A stretch of 64,000 nt of DNA from an uncultured delta proteobacterium (lineage in GTDB: Bacteria > Myxococcota_A > Polyangia > Haliangiales > Haliangiaceae), in contig CAWKDB010000010.1 in assembly GCA_963848295.1 (NCBI GenBank), positions 2,464,001 to 2,528,000 of the forward strand, written 5' to 3'. Below the pieces are notes generated by a model. It was not told the origin of the DNA and ran no database searches. It was given only the letters and a program-made list of their open reading frames with translations. This document shows, in pieces, positions 63,532 to 64,000 of this stretch (positions within the stretch are counted from its first letter, which is position 1; every line of letters begins with the position of its first letter). The position numbers were made by a program, and so were the translations under genes.

Positions 63532-64000
63532 TGATGCGTCACCTTGCCGTGTGCACGCTGGTGGCCGGGTGCACGACCTGGAGTGGCCCGAAGCCGAGGC
63601 TGTCGACCGTGACGCCGGATGCGATCTGCGACGCCCAAGCGAGCGTCACGCTCACGCTCGCGGGCACCGGCTTCTCGGTCGAAGTGCTCGGCGGCCTCGA
63701 CGAGCCAACCCCGGTCGTGCCGAGCGTGCTGCTGATCGATCCGCACGCGACCGCGACGGCGTTCGCCACCGTGCCCGACTCGACCGGCGACACGTTGACG
63801 ATCGCGGTGCAGGACCTGCCGCCCGCGACCTACGACGTCGAGGTCGTCGATCCGGACGCCGACGGCACCGCGAACCCCTCCGATCCGGCGACGACCTCGA
63901 CGCTCGCGGCGGCGCTCACGATCGACCCGCCTCCGAACGCGGTCTCGGTGATGCCATCTGCCGCGACCGCGAGCGCGACCACGACGATCGCGATCGCCGG
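63531..64000 (+). CDS. IPT/TIG-domain lipoprotein, runs off window end
   Basis: MMRHLAVCTLVAGC...PRLSTVTP...LTLAGTGF...YDVEVVDPD. Confidence 0.7.
   Translation, partial: MMRHLAVCTLVAGCTTWSGPKPRLSTVTPDAICDAQASVTLTLAGTGFSVEVLGGLDEPTPVVPSVLLIDPHATATAFATVPDSTGDTLTIAVQDLPPATYDVEVVDPDADGTANPSDPATTSTLAAALTIDPPPNAVSVMPSAATASATTTIAIA

Overview
High-GC bacterial chromosomal window with a typical myxobacterial gene repertoire: five Ser/Thr kinases, three ECF sigma factors, Cys-rich repeat lipoproteins, a serpin and AgmX/ExbD-like proteins. It is probably Myxococcota, plausibly Kofleriaceae/Haliangiales (inference from gene content only). About 55 CDSs were identified. These include a VapBC toxin-antitoxin pair, a TolC/HlyD/ABC export operon, a GtrB-like glycosyltransferase with two paralogous GT-C-like membrane proteins, add, a cystathionine lyase, two Omp85 genes, bioB, pduO, radC, tig and a sigma54 activator/hybrid-kinase locus. 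No rRNA, tRNA or CRISPR array was seen. Most notable: (i) seven -24/-12 sigma54 motifs at 55.1-61.4 kb around an NtrC-type activator, upstream of stress-type small proteins and two divergent minimal kinases, several predicting near-leaderless mRNAs; (ii) TANNNT boxes 6-9 nt before many start codons, suggesting widespread leaderless transcription; (iii) an intact S9-peptidase-fold lipoprotein lacking all three catalytic residues; (iv) a pseudo-REC/PilZ/STAS/Zn-ribbon fusion; (v) mobile-element debris at 25.7-26.3 kb. A frameshift cluster at 12.5-18.6 kb is most likely assembly error. All family calls come from motif recognition by eye; no database searches were run.
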